Positions 45,443-55,045 of a DNA stretch of 64,000 nucleotides are shown one piece after another. The notes below the pieces were generated by a model, which was given only the letters and a program-made list of their open reading frames with translations, was not told where the DNA came from and did not search any database. The position numbers were made by a program, and so were the translations under genes. The stretch's first letter is position 1; each line of letters starts with the position of its first letter. Location of the stretch: positions 806,001 to 870,000 of the forward strand of contig OY730414.1 in NCBI GenBank assembly GCA_963422615.1, given 5' to 3'. The DNA is from Longimicrobiales bacterium (GTDB lineage: Bacteria > Gemmatimonadota > Gemmatimonadetes > Longimicrobiales > Gaopeijiaceae).

Positions 45443-46422
45443 GACCGATGGTCCAGCTGACCGACGTCACAAAATACTACGGCCCCAAGAGAGCCCTGGG
45501 TCCTGTGTCCTTCGAGATCGCGAAGGGCGACACGGTGGGGTTCCTGGGCCTGAACGGCGCCGGAAAGACCACGCTCCTGCGCATCCTTGCGTGCGGCCTG
45601 CGCCCATCGGCCGGATCGGTCAGGATCGCCGGCTTGGATGTGCTCCAGGCCCCCCATGAGGTGAGGAAGCGGGTGGGGTATCTTCCCGAGACGCCCCCCG
45701 TCTACGGCGACATGACGGTGAGGGACTACCTGACCTTTGTGGGGCGGATCAAGGGACTGGCGCCCGAGGTGGTGGCCCGGCGAGTCTCGGAGGTTGAGGC
45801 GTACACCCGAATCACCGAAGTGCACGATGTGCCCGCCCGCCACCTTTCCCAGGGATACCGCCAGCGGGTGGGCGTGGCCCAGGCGATTGTCCACGACCCG
45901 GAACTCCTGATCCTTGATGAACCGACCCACGATCTGGACCCGGTTCAAATCATGGAGATGCGGGGCTTGATCGGAACGCTAAAGGACTCCCACACGATCT
46001 TGATCTCGAGCCACATCCTTCCCGAGATCAGCCAGACCTGCGACCGCCTCCTGATCCTGAACGATGGGGAGGTCGTCGCTTCCGGCAGCGAAGCCGAACT
46101 GGGTGGAGGACTGCTCCGTTCTCGGAGGATGGCCGTCACCGTGCGGGTTCCCGAGGACGGCAATGGCGCTCCCACGGACCGCCCCGAATCCGTCATCCGG
46201 GGTGTGAACGGCGTCACGAAGGTTGAGTCTTCGCAGAGTCCCCCCCAGGCGGCTGGAGAGCCGAAAACCGCGACTTTCCACGTGGAAGGCGAAACCGACC
46301 TTCGGGCGCCGGTATGTCGAGCCCTGGTCGAAACCGGACACGACGTGGTCACCCTGGCCCGGACCGAACGGGAGTTGGAGAGCGTCTTCGTCGGTCTGGT
46401 CGGTGGGGGGGCGAGGACCTGA
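45439..46422 (+). CDS. ABC transporter ATP-binding protein (GldA-like)
   Basis: GLNGAGKTT, GYLPE..P.Y..M.V, LSQGYRQRVG.AQA..HDP.LLILDEPT..LDP.QI. The start may be ATG 45448. Confidence 0.92.
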   Translation: MRPMVQLTDVTKYYGPKRALGPVSFEIAKGDTVGFLGLNGAGKTTLLRILACGLRPSAGSVRIAGLDVLQAPHEVRKRVGYLPETPPVYGDMTVRDYLTFVGRIKGLAPEVVARRVSEVEAYTRITEVHDVPARHLSQGYRQRVGVAQAIVHDPELLILDEPTHDLDPVQIMEMRGLIGTLKDSHTILISSHILPEISQTCDRLLILNDGEVVASGSEAELGGGLLRSRRMAVTVRVPEDGNGAPTDRPESVIRGVNGVTKVESSQSPPQAAGEPKTATFHVEGETDLRAPVCRALVETGHDVVTLARTERELESVFVGLVGGGART

Positions 46423-46425
46423 CCC

Positions 46426-47157
46426 ATGGGGGCTACGGGCGTCATTTTCCGTCGCGAATTCGCAGCATACGTCCGTTCGCCCATGGGCTACATCGTAGCT
46501 GCCGCCGTGCTCCTCCTGGACGGGCTCCTGTTCTACGCCCAGGCGCTGGGGCCGGATGCGGGGGAGCGCCTCTCGGGGTTGGTCCTCGCGGGCTTCTTCT
46601 ACAACGCCAGCGGCTTGACCGCGATCGCAGCCGTTGCCCTCTCCATCCGCCTCATCGCCGAGGAGCGCCAGACGGGCACCCAGCTCCTGCTGGACACCTC
46701 GCCGGTACGGGACTGGGAGATCGTCCTGGGCAAGTTCCTGTCGGCGCTGGCGTTCCTTTCGGCGATCACGATAGCCACCCTCTACATGCCCCTCCTGGTC
46801 GTCGTAAACGGGAAGGTATCCGTGGGCCACGTCCTCATCGGGTATCTGGGGCTGACCTTCATTGGGGCGGCCATTCTTGCCGTCGGCCTCTTCGCCACGG
46901 CCCTGACCCGGCACCAGTTGGTCGCGGCCGCCACGGCCTCGGTCATCACGGGAACCCTCTTCCTTTTGTGGCCCCTTTCTCGCGTCGTCGGTCCTCCCGT
47001 GTCCCGGGTTTTCGCAGCCCTCGCGGTCCACGGCCGCCACTTCGCCGGCTTCCAGTCGGGACTCTTCCACATTCGGGATGTGGTCTACTACCTGGCGATC
47101 ACCTACTTCTTCCTGTTTGCGGCTACCAAGGTCATGGAGGCGAAGCGGTGGGAGTGA
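46426..47157 (+). CDS. ABC-2 permease (GldF-like)
   Basis: RREF..Y..SP.GY, AEERQTGT..LL.TSP....IVLGKFL, T..Q.VA, H...F..G......YY. Confidence 0.88.
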   Translation: MGATGVIFRREFAAYVRSPMGYIVAAAVLLLDGLLFYAQALGPDAGERLSGLVLAGFFYNASGLTAIAAVALSIRLIAEERQTGTQLLLDTSPVRDWEIVLGKFLSALAFLSAITIATLYMPLLVVVNGKVSVGHVLIGYLGLTFIGAAILAVGLFATALTRHQLVAAATASVITGTLFLLWPLSRVVGPPVSRVFAALAVHGRHFAGFQSGLFHIRDVVYYLAITYFFLFAATKVMEAKRWE

Positions 47158-47284
47158 AGGCGAAGCGCGTTCTCCATTGGTTCGGGGTTACGCCCGGCGG
47201 GGAGCTTCAGCCCGGGGCCGGACGGCGGGAGCTCTACCCCGGGGACGACTCGGATGCGAACTCTGGGGCGCCCGGAGCCCGGCC

Positions 47285-49255
47285 GTGAAGCGTCCCTGGC
47301 TGACCTGGGTGTTGTTCGGCGGCCTCCTCGCCGTTTTTGCTGGGGAGCGCGTTTTCGAAGGCGTGCCGCTTCTGCGCCCGGCCTTGCTGCTGTTCGGCAC
47401 TGCCGCCGCCCTCACTGCGGCGGGATGGCGCATCGCGATCTGGCGGAGTTCGGAGGGGGAGTCGCGCCCGGTCGAGGCGGTTTTCGCCCTGGCAGGCACC
47501 GGCTGTGTGGTTGCGCTGGCCGGATTCGTCTTCGGAACGGACGCTGGGGTTCACTGGCTGAACCTCGAATTCGACGCCATTCGGGAAGAGTTGCGCTTCA
47601 AGCGATTCTTCCTGGTTTCCTCCTCGATTCTGATGGCCGGATCCCTCCTTCCGGCGGCAGCAGCCCGGTGGGCGTTGCGCAAGGGGGGCAGCGAAGGGTC
47701 GCTTCGGGTCGACACCATCCGGGTTCGGGAAACGGCGGCCAATGCTTTGAACCTGGCTCTGGCCGGGGCCGCCTTGATGCTCATCGGGTACGTGGCTTCG
47801 GCCCGGAACCGAACCGTCGACTTCAGTTACTTCAAGACCTCGAGTCCCGGGGAAGCCGTCCAGGAGATCGTCCGCAACCTGGGCGGACCCCTCCGGGTGG
47901 CTCTTTTCTTCCCTTCGGTCAGCCCGGTCAAGGACGAAGTGCTGACCTATTTGCAGGCCCTGAAGCGGGCCACCGGCAACGTGACCATCGAAGAATACGA
48001 TCGCTTTGCGGACCCGGAAGCCGCCGCCGAATACGAGGCTAGGAGCGACGGGAGCGTGTTCTTCCGGGTGGGGAACCGGAAGGAGCGGATCGGCTTCCCG
48101 GAAGAGCTGAACGCCGCGCGATCTCGCCTCCGGGTGCTGGACGGCCAGGTACAGCAGGCCTTGCTCTTGTTGGCGCGAGAAGAGCGGGTGGCCTATTGGA
48201 CCACCGGCCACGGGGAGCTGAACGATCCTCTTTCGGGGAGCGCACTGGAAGAGGAAGAAGCCCGGTCTTCGGAGCCGTGGCTCCCGTCCGATGGGCCCCG
48301 CAGGCTCGACAGCCCTCGACTGGCCGCCCTCCGCCAGATGCTGGAGCTCCTCAACTACGAGGTTCGAGACATCGGTCTGCGGGAGGGGCTCGGGGACCGG
48401 ATCCCCGACGACGCGGCGATGGTCATGATCCTGGGGCCGGAGCGGCCCTTCCTGGAACCCGAAGCATCCGCCGTTCGCGACTACCTCGACCGGGGCGGGT
48501 CGCTTCTCCTGGCCCTGGAATCCGGTTCGGACTTCCGCCCGGACGATTTTCGAGGCCGCCTGGGCATCGACTACGATCCCACCATGACGGTCGACGACCA
48601 GCGCCATCTCCGGGAGCGGGGCACCGTTGCCGACCGCCGCCTCATCGTCACCAACCGTTTTTCCACCCATCCGTCCGTGACCACGGCGAGCCGCCAGGGG
48701 GCAGGGGTGTTGCTCATCGGGGCGGGCACCGTCCGCGCGGCCGAAGACGTAGAAGGGCTCCGAACGAGCGTGGTGGTTCGCTCCATGCCGTCCAGCTTCG
48801 CCGACCGGAACGGCAACTTCCTCTTCGATGAAGACGACGAAACCCGAGAGAGCCGGGGGCTCGCGGTTGCGATCGAGACGGAACCTTCCGTGAGCGGCGA
48901 TGAGGAAGCTGCGGATGCTGCGCAGGAGGCCGGGGCGGATCCATCGCAGGAAGGGGGCAACGGCCCTCCGGGAATGCGGGCGCTGGTCTACGGCGATGCG
49001 GAGATTTTTTCTGACCGGGTGCTCACCAGCCTGGGACTCAACGCGGCCCTGGCCGCCGATGGGATCCGCTGGCTCGGCAAAGAAGAGGCCTACGCCGGGG
49101 AGGTCGTGTCCGAAGAGGACGTACCCATCGTTCACACCCGCTCCCAAGACGTGGCGTGGTTCTATGCGATCATCTTCGGAGCCCCGGCGCTGGTTTTGGG
49201 GGTCGGGATCGTGGTTCTGTACGGTCGCCGAACGAGAGGAAGGGGAGCGGCATGA
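47285..49255 (+). CDS. GldG-family ABC auxiliary membrane protein
   Basis: N-terminal TM segments; AYWTTGHGE, IP.DA.MVMILGP, YL.RGG.LL; C-terminal TM; GTG start at 47285. Confidence 0.8.
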   Translation: MKRPWLTWVLFGGLLAVFAGERVFEGVPLLRPALLLFGTAAALTAAGWRIAIWRSSEGESRPVEAVFALAGTGCVVALAGFVFGTDAGVHWLNLEFDAIREELRFKRFFLVSSSILMAGSLLPAAAARWALRKGGSEGSLRVDTIRVRETAANALNLALAGAALMLIGYVASARNRTVDFSYFKTSSPGEAVQEIVRNLGGPLRVALFFPSVSPVKDEVLTYLQALKRATGNVTIEEYDRFADPEAAAEYEARSDGSVFFRVGNRKERIGFPEELNAARSRLRVLDGQVQQALLLLAREERVAYWTTGHGELNDPLSGSALEEEEARSSEPWLPSDGPRRLDSPRLAALRQMLELLNYEVRDIGLREGLGDRIPDDAAMVMILGPERPFLEPEASAVRDYLDRGGSLLLALESGSDFRPDDFRGRLGIDYDPTMTVDDQRHLRERGTVADRRLIVTNRFSTHPSVTTASRQGAGVLLIGAGTVRAAEDVEGLRTSVVVRSMPSSFADRNGNFLFDEDDETRESRGLAVAIETEPSVSGDEEAADAAQEAGADPSQEGGNGPPGMRALVYGDAEIFSDRVLTSLGLNAALAADGIRWLGKEEAYAGEVVSEEDVPIVHTRSQDVAWFYAIIFGAPALVLGVGIVVLYGRRTRGRGAA

Positions 49256-50313
49256 ACGTTGCCAAGGGGATTCGGGTCCACGGTGTCCTCTTTGCGGTGG
49301 TGGTGTTGTGGGCGTTTCAGACCTGGAGTCGGGATGCGGTCCGGGATGAGGAAGGAAGCCGCATTTTGGTCTGGGAACACGACACCACCGATGTGGTGGC
49401 GGTCCGCTACCGTGGTCCCGGCAAAGCGCTGGAAATTCAGCGCCGAACGGATGTAGCCGGCGCGTTCTTGTGGGGCACGGAGATCACTAGTGTGGAATCG
49501 GACGGTGCGGGATTGGCCCCTTCCGTGGGGGACGTGACCGGCTCGGATCCTCCGAGTCAGGGTGCAGTAGAGCCCCCTGCCACCCCGGACACGCTGGCGT
49601 TTCCGGTCGGAGCGCCGGGCCACACTCTGGTCGCCCGCCTCGCGGTCATGAGCGTCATCCGGGATTTGGGGCCGCTCTCCCCGGAGCAGAAGGCGCGGTT
49701 CGGCCTTGCGGAGCCCGCCGAGCGGATCCAGGTCGAATTCCGGGACGGCCACCGGGAGCTCCTGCTGGGCGACACTGCGTACGGCGGATCGGACCGGTAT
49801 GCGGCTGATTCCTCTTCGGGCAAGGGGTACGTGGTCTCCAGCGATGTGACCCGCCCCTTGAGCATCGGGGAGGGGGCGCTTCGGGAGCGGTGGCTCCATC
49901 ACTTTTCGGACGCACAGGTGAGCCGGGTTCGGGTGGAAGCCGGAGGTGGGGAGCGGATCATGGCGCGAACCGCCGAAGGGGAATGGACGGCGGATGGCGG
50001 AGCGGCAGGCCAAGGGAGCCCGGACGCCGCATTCGCAAACTTCATGCAGCGGGTGGACCAGCTGGCCATCGCCGGATATGGTGCCAGTCCGCCCCTTGCC
50101 GGGATTCGTCTCCTGCTCCGGGTGGACTACATGGCCGAAGACGGGGACCCTTTGGGCTTCGTAGAGCTCGTGCGGGTTGACGGAGCCGAGAGGGACCCGT
50201 ACTACGTCAGGAGTGAACGGACCCGGACCATGGCGAGGGCAGTAACGGCCCTTGCGGAGCGGGTGGAGGAGGGGATGGGGGACATCTTTATGGCGCAACG
50301 GGACTCCGAGTAG
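49252..50313 (+). CDS. DUF4340 domain-containing protein
   Basis: ATGA overlap; N-terminal TM; FGL.EP, L.LGD...GG..RY, V.......L....LR pattern; usual position after gldG-like genes. Confidence 0.7.
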   Translation: MNVAKGIRVHGVLFAVVVLWAFQTWSRDAVRDEEGSRILVWEHDTTDVVAVRYRGPGKALEIQRRTDVAGAFLWGTEITSVESDGAGLAPSVGDVTGSDPPSQGAVEPPATPDTLAFPVGAPGHTLVARLAVMSVIRDLGPLSPEQKARFGLAEPAERIQVEFRDGHRELLLGDTAYGGSDRYAADSSSGKGYVVSSDVTRPLSIGEGALRERWLHHFSDAQVSRVRVEAGGGERIMARTAEGEWTADGGAAGQGSPDAAFANFMQRVDQLAIAGYGASPPLAGIRLLLRVDYMAEDGDPLGFVELVRVDGAERDPYYVRSERTRTMARAVTALAERVEEGMGDIFMAQRDSE

Positions 50314-50543
50314 TACTATTGGGGAGGGTTCATTCAGCCCAATGCGCCATAACTCCGTTGATTGCGAATGCGGAAACGTTGGCTGGCGGTCCATCGCTTG
50401 TAGGTCAGGATGACGTAACGCGTATTGGATGGATAAGGACTCAGTTGGCTCAATCCGGCAAGTCGGCCGTCGGAGCATCTGCCCCGCTCCGAAGTGTTTC
50501 GGCTTGACTCCTCAACACAAATAAACAAGGAGGAAGAAACAGC

Positions 50544-53516
50544 ATGAACCAACGCTACAACTTCATTTCCAGAGGGGGACTCATCCGCGGCGCATGGGTT
50601 GCCGTGGCCCTTCTCCTGCCGGGGAGCCTGACGGCCCAGGACGGCACCGTCATGGGATCGGTCACCGCGGCCACCTCCGGGCAGCCCATCAATGGCGCCC
50701 AGATCACGATCATGGACACCCAACTGAGTGGGCTTTCCAACTCCAACGGCCGGTTCTTGATCACTCGCGTACCGGCCGGGAGCTACACGGTCCAGGTCGT
50801 GTACGTAGGCTATGCGACGGCGACCCAGGAGTTTACCGTCTCCCCGGGCGGCACGGCGATGGTGGAGTTCGGGCTGGAAGTTTCGGCCGTGGACCTGGAC
50901 GAGATCATCGTAACCGGTACAGCGGGAGCGGTGGAGCGGCGCAAGCTGGGCGTTTCCGTGGCGTCCCTGGATGTCGGCGACGTCTCGGAGGCGGTCCCAC
51001 TGGAGAGTTTCGGCCATGTTCTCGAAGGCCGCATCCCGGGGGTCCGCTCCATTGGTTCGGTTGGCGGAGTCGGTGCCTCTCGGGTCCTCACGATCCGGGG
51101 CAACGACTCGTTTTCCCTGGGCCAGCGTCCGGTCATCTACATTGACGGGATTCGGGTCGACAATCGGGCTCAGGAGTGGGGAAGCGGAGCGGGAGCCACG
51201 TTTCATACCACCTGTTGCGCCTTCAGCGGCGGGGCCGGCGAAGATCGTCTTTCCGATCTGGACCCCGACGAGATTGACCGCATTGAGGTTCTCAAGGGGC
51301 CGGCGGCGGCAACCCTTTACGGATCGGAAGCCTCGGGCGGGGTAATTCAGGTGTTTACGAAGAGGGGCCGAAACAACAGCCCGGCCAACTTTACCTTTTC
51401 GACCAGCGCGGGCTTGAACCGCCACCGTCCGAATTTTCCGACCAAACTTCGGTCGAATTTCCGAGGCCAAGACGGCACGGTTGCCCTGGATCCCAACGAA
51501 TCCCTCATCGAGAACGGTTTGATCAACAGCTACAACATGACCGTGGATGGGGGAGGGGAAGCGGTAACCTATTTCATTTCAGGAGGGTTCAGCTACGAAG
51601 AGGGTTCCATCAAGCCCAACGACCAGAAGCGGGCCAACTTCCGGGTCAACTTGAACTGGACCGCGGCGGATAACCTCACGGTCGGTGTCACGTCTGCATA
51701 TGTGAGGAACCGGGTTTGGGCGCTTCAGTCCGGAAACAACTGGCTCGGAATCTATACGAACGCGTTGCTTACCAACCCTCTCAACGCAACAGCCGAAGAG
51801 CCCTACGGGGGTGGACTGGACGTCAACGTAGAAAACGCCAAGGCGATTCGGACCTTTTCTGACACGGATCGGTTCACGGGTTCGGTCAACTTGACCTACA
51901 ACCCTCGTCCCCACTTCACCCATAGTGCAAAGCTCGGCCTGGATCAGGTATCCGACCAGAAGTCGCGGTACATGCCCTTCGGGCGACACTACACCTACAT
52001 CGGGACCCTGGGGGAGGCGAACATGGGGTACCGGAGTGTCCGGACCTTCACGGCTGACTACATCGGAACCCTGGATTACACGCTTCCCATTCTCAACGAT
52101 CTGGGCGGAACCGTCTCCTTTGGCACGCAGGGGTACTGGGACCTCCAGGACTTCTCTATGGCCACGGGTAAGGACTATGCGGGTTCGGGCGTCACGGTGG
52201 TGAGTGGTGCGGCTCGAACCTTCGGCGCCCAGACCGCATTTGAGGAAATCAACCTCGGCTTCTTCGGCCAGAACCGCTTCGACATAGGAGATCTATTCGT
52301 CACGACGGCCGTTCGGATGGACGGGAACAGTGCGTTCGGCGTGAACTATGGATTTCAGGTATACCCGAAGGCCGATCTGGCCTACAACTTGAGCGAAGAC
52401 ATGCTTCCCGATTTGGTGAGCAGCGCCAAGGTGCGGGCGGCGGTCGGAATGGCCGGAAAGGCGCCGGGTGCTTTCGACCAGTTCCAGACCTATTTGCCCA
52501 ACACGGTTCTGGAAGACGTGGCCGGGGTTTCACCATCAAATCCGGGCAACACCGACCTGGAGCCCGAGGTCAAGCTGGAGTACGAGGCCGGCTTGGATTT
52601 GGGTCTTTTTGACAACTTGGTTGGGGTAGAGGCTACGTACTGGCACGCCACTACGCAAAATGCTCTGCTCAGTATTTCGCTTCCTCCGAGTAAGGGTTTT
52701 TCGTCGGCCCAGTTGCGCAACGTCGGCGAGATCCTGAACAGGGGAGTAGAGCTGGGTGTTAACGTCAATGTTATTGACAGAAGTATTCTGCGCTGGTCCA
52801 GCGGCGTGAATTATGAATGGACCCACAACGAGATTCTGAGCTTGGGCGAGACGGCAATTCAGGACTCACTGCCGATATATGAGGGGACGGAACTGACGGG
52901 CTGGACCTATCACAAGCGCCTTGGGGGCTATTGGGAAGGGTTCCCGATCAGTGAGATCATCCGGACCAATATCATTGGCTGGGACGCGGAAAATCGAGTT
53001 CACATTCGCTCCACCTACGGATTCTACCAGGGCCAGGGCTTTCCGGATCACCTGGCGTCCTGGAACAACGACTTTTCCATAGGCCAGTCGCTCCGCCTGT
53101 CGGTTCAGTTCCGCGGGGAGTGGGGTGCGTCCATGGTCAACTCGGACCGGGGGTACGGGGTTCGGCAGCTGGCGTACGACGAATTTCTCATGCATTTGGG
53201 TCCCAACGGAGAAGAAACGCCTGCAAGCGACTCCGTTCTAAACCGGCACAGGTTGGCGTACCCGGTGGATTCCCGGGACCATATCCGTCTGCAGGAGGTG
53301 TCGCTGAACTATACGTTGCCCGAATCGCTGACCGGTTCAATCGGGCTCCAACGCTCCACGCTGACGCTTTCGGGCTACAATCTGCACTGGTGGGATGACT
53401 GTCATTGCCCGGATCCCAATCAGCTCTACCAGGGGGGGCGCGATTTTGCCACGTCTCCCTTCCTGGGGCTCCCGCAGCCGAGACGGTTCCTTCTGTCGTT
53501 TAAAACGAGGTTCTGA
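50544..53516 (+). CDS. SusC/RagA family TonB-dependent receptor
   Basis: RBS AAGGAGG; carboxypeptidase-regulatory-like N-domain; LDEIIVTGT; IDRIEVLKGPAAATLYGSEA..GVIQVFTKRG; GN.DL.PE; terminal Phe. Confidence 0.95.
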   Translation: MNQRYNFISRGGLIRGAWVAVALLLPGSLTAQDGTVMGSVTAATSGQPINGAQITIMDTQLSGLSNSNGRFLITRVPAGSYTVQVVYVGYATATQEFTVSPGGTAMVEFGLEVSAVDLDEIIVTGTAGAVERRKLGVSVASLDVGDVSEAVPLESFGHVLEGRIPGVRSIGSVGGVGASRVLTIRGNDSFSLGQRPVIYIDGIRVDNRAQEWGSGAGATFHTTCCAFSGGAGEDRLSDLDPDEIDRIEVLKGPAAATLYGSEASGGVIQVFTKRGRNNSPANFTFSTSAGLNRHRPNFPTKLRSNFRGQDGTVALDPNESLIENGLINSYNMTVDGGGEAVTYFISGGFSYEEGSIKPNDQKRANFRVNLNWTAADNLTVGVTSAYVRNRVWALQSGNNWLGIYTNALLTNPLNATAEEPYGGGLDVNVENAKAIRTFSDTDRFTGSVNLTYNPRPHFTHSAKLGLDQVSDQKSRYMPFGRHYTYIGTLGEANMGYRSVRTFTADYIGTLDYTLPILNDLGGTVSFGTQGYWDLQDFSMATGKDYAGSGVTVVSGAARTFGAQTAFEEINLGFFGQNRFDIGDLFVTTAVRMDGNSAFGVNYGFQVYPKADLAYNLSEDMLPDLVSSAKVRAAVGMAGKAPGAFDQFQTYLPNTVLEDVAGVSPSNPGNTDLEPEVKLEYEAGLDLGLFDNLVGVEATYWHATTQNALLSISLPPSKGFSSAQLRNVGEILNRGVELGVNVNVIDRSILRWSSGVNYEWTHNEILSLGETAIQDSLPIYEGTELTGWTYHKRLGGYWEGFPISEIIRTNIIGWDAENRVHIRSTYGFYQGQGFPDHLASWNNDFSIGQSLRLSVQFRGEWGASMVNSDRGYGVRQLAYDEFLMHLGPNGEETPASDSVLNRHRLAYPVDSRDHIRLQEVSLNYTLPESLTGSIGLQRSTLTLSGYNLHWWDDCHCPDPNQLYQGGRDFATSPFLGLPQPRRFLLSFKTRF

Positions 53517-53581
53517 TCTTGAGACCGAAATTCGGAGAGAGAGAGATCGGAAAACGACTGGAAGCCAGGAGGCACAAGAAA

Positions 53582-54892
53582 ATGAAAGGAATGAAAAAAG
53601 GATGGATGGCGATTTTGATCCCCATCCTGGCTCTTGCGGGTTGCGACGACCTGTTGACGGTTTCGGACCCCCAGCGGTACACATCGGAGGATCTGAACAG
53701 CGCCCTCCCTGCCGTGGCCAACGGCGTGGAAGGAAAAGTCCATGAGGTCGTGGATTCCTATGTGGTCTATCAGGCCCTACTTGGGGACGAATACCAGCAT
53801 ACGGGAACATGGAGCGGATACGACGAGACCGACCACGGCTGGTTCCAGTACGGCACGAGCCCGATGGATGGAACGCATAGTGCGTGGCTCAGGGCCCAGT
53901 GGTTCGCAGAAGATGCCGAGCGGCGTTTCAAGGATGTGATGGGAGAAGCTGAAGCGGCGTCCAGCGAACTCACCGCTCAAGTCCGCATGGCCGGGGCTTT
54001 TGCCGACCTGTACATGGGCATGGCATTCTGCGAGTCGGTTGACGGATCGCACGGCACTGATCAATTGGGCCAAGTAATCCCGGACGACCAAGCCCTTCAA
54101 CAGGCGGTTCGAAAGTTTACCGACGCCATGGAGACGGCTCAGGCGGCTGGACGGCAGGATTACGTTACGGCATCACGGGCGGGGAGAGCGCAGGCTCATC
54201 TCCTTCTTGGAGACCTGGCCGCGGCGGCGACCGACGCAGCGTCGATTTCCGATGGCTTTTCCTACGACGCGGTGTTCAATCAGCAGAATACGAACTGGAT
54301 GGTTGTGGTTACGACCAAGACCTACAACGAAGCCGCCGGCTTGTTGCACAAGTGGTGGGACCAGATCGAAAAGAGCGACGAGTCTGGCTTCATGCGGGAT
54401 CCGTGGACCGGCAAATTCGATAAGAGGATCCCCGTGTTCTTTGACGGGGAGGTGGCGACGGACAACGAGACGCCCCACTACAGCCAGTGGAAGTACAACA
54501 ACCTTACCGACAACATCCCCATGGTGCATTCGGATGCGATGCGCCTGATTGAAGCGGAGGCGAAGGCTGCCACGGGCGATTACGCCGGCGCGACGGCGAT
54601 CCTGAACAAACTGCGAGGATCCGTCGGACTGGCTCCGTTCGACCCGCCAACGGATGCGACGGCAATGAGAAATTACCTGCTCTCGGAGCGCTTCGCGGAG
54701 TTGTTCATGGAGGGCCAGCGCGCGGTGGACCTTCACCGCTTCGGATTGACCCGGGAGATTTTCGACGCCTTGAAGGATCCGGAACGCCCGGGCACTGGAC
54801 GGCCCACGAAGTTCTCGATGACGGATACCGAAGCCCTGTACAATTCGAACATCGACAACGATCTGACCAAAAGGTGCTTGCCGAAGAGCTGA
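53582..54892 (+). CDS. RagB/SusD family outer-membrane lipoprotein
   Basis: Lipobox LAGC; LIEAEA, LN.LR...GL, ER..ELFMEGQR..DL.RF. Confidence 0.9.
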   Translation: MKGMKKGWMAILIPILALAGCDDLLTVSDPQRYTSEDLNSALPAVANGVEGKVHEVVDSYVVYQALLGDEYQHTGTWSGYDETDHGWFQYGTSPMDGTHSAWLRAQWFAEDAERRFKDVMGEAEAASSELTAQVRMAGAFADLYMGMAFCESVDGSHGTDQLGQVIPDDQALQQAVRKFTDAMETAQAAGRQDYVTASRAGRAQAHLLLGDLAAAATDAASISDGFSYDAVFNQQNTNWMVVVTTKTYNEAAGLLHKWWDQIEKSDESGFMRDPWTGKFDKRIPVFFDGEVATDNETPHYSQWKYNNLTDNIPMVHSDAMRLIEAEAKAATGDYAGATAILNKLRGSVGLAPFDPPTDATAMRNYLLSERFAELFMEGQRAVDLHRFGLTREIFDALKDPERPGTGRPTKFSMTDTEALYNSNIDNDLTKRCLPKS

Positions 54893-55045
54893 AGAAATGG
54901 CGAACGGGCGGGGGTCTGAACGCTGGGCCTTCCCGTCATGAGGTTTGAAAAAAAAGTAGCACATGAGATCGGCGCGGTTGCTCGGGATTTCGGGCGGCCG
55001 CGCCGATTTTCGTTGTGACGGCGCGTCACCGTTCTCCCGCCGGTC

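Noticed and set aside
45439..50313. Gliding motility machinery
   Set aside because: GldA/F/G-like ABC systems are widespread in non-gliding bacteria, and no motor or T9SS genes are in the window.
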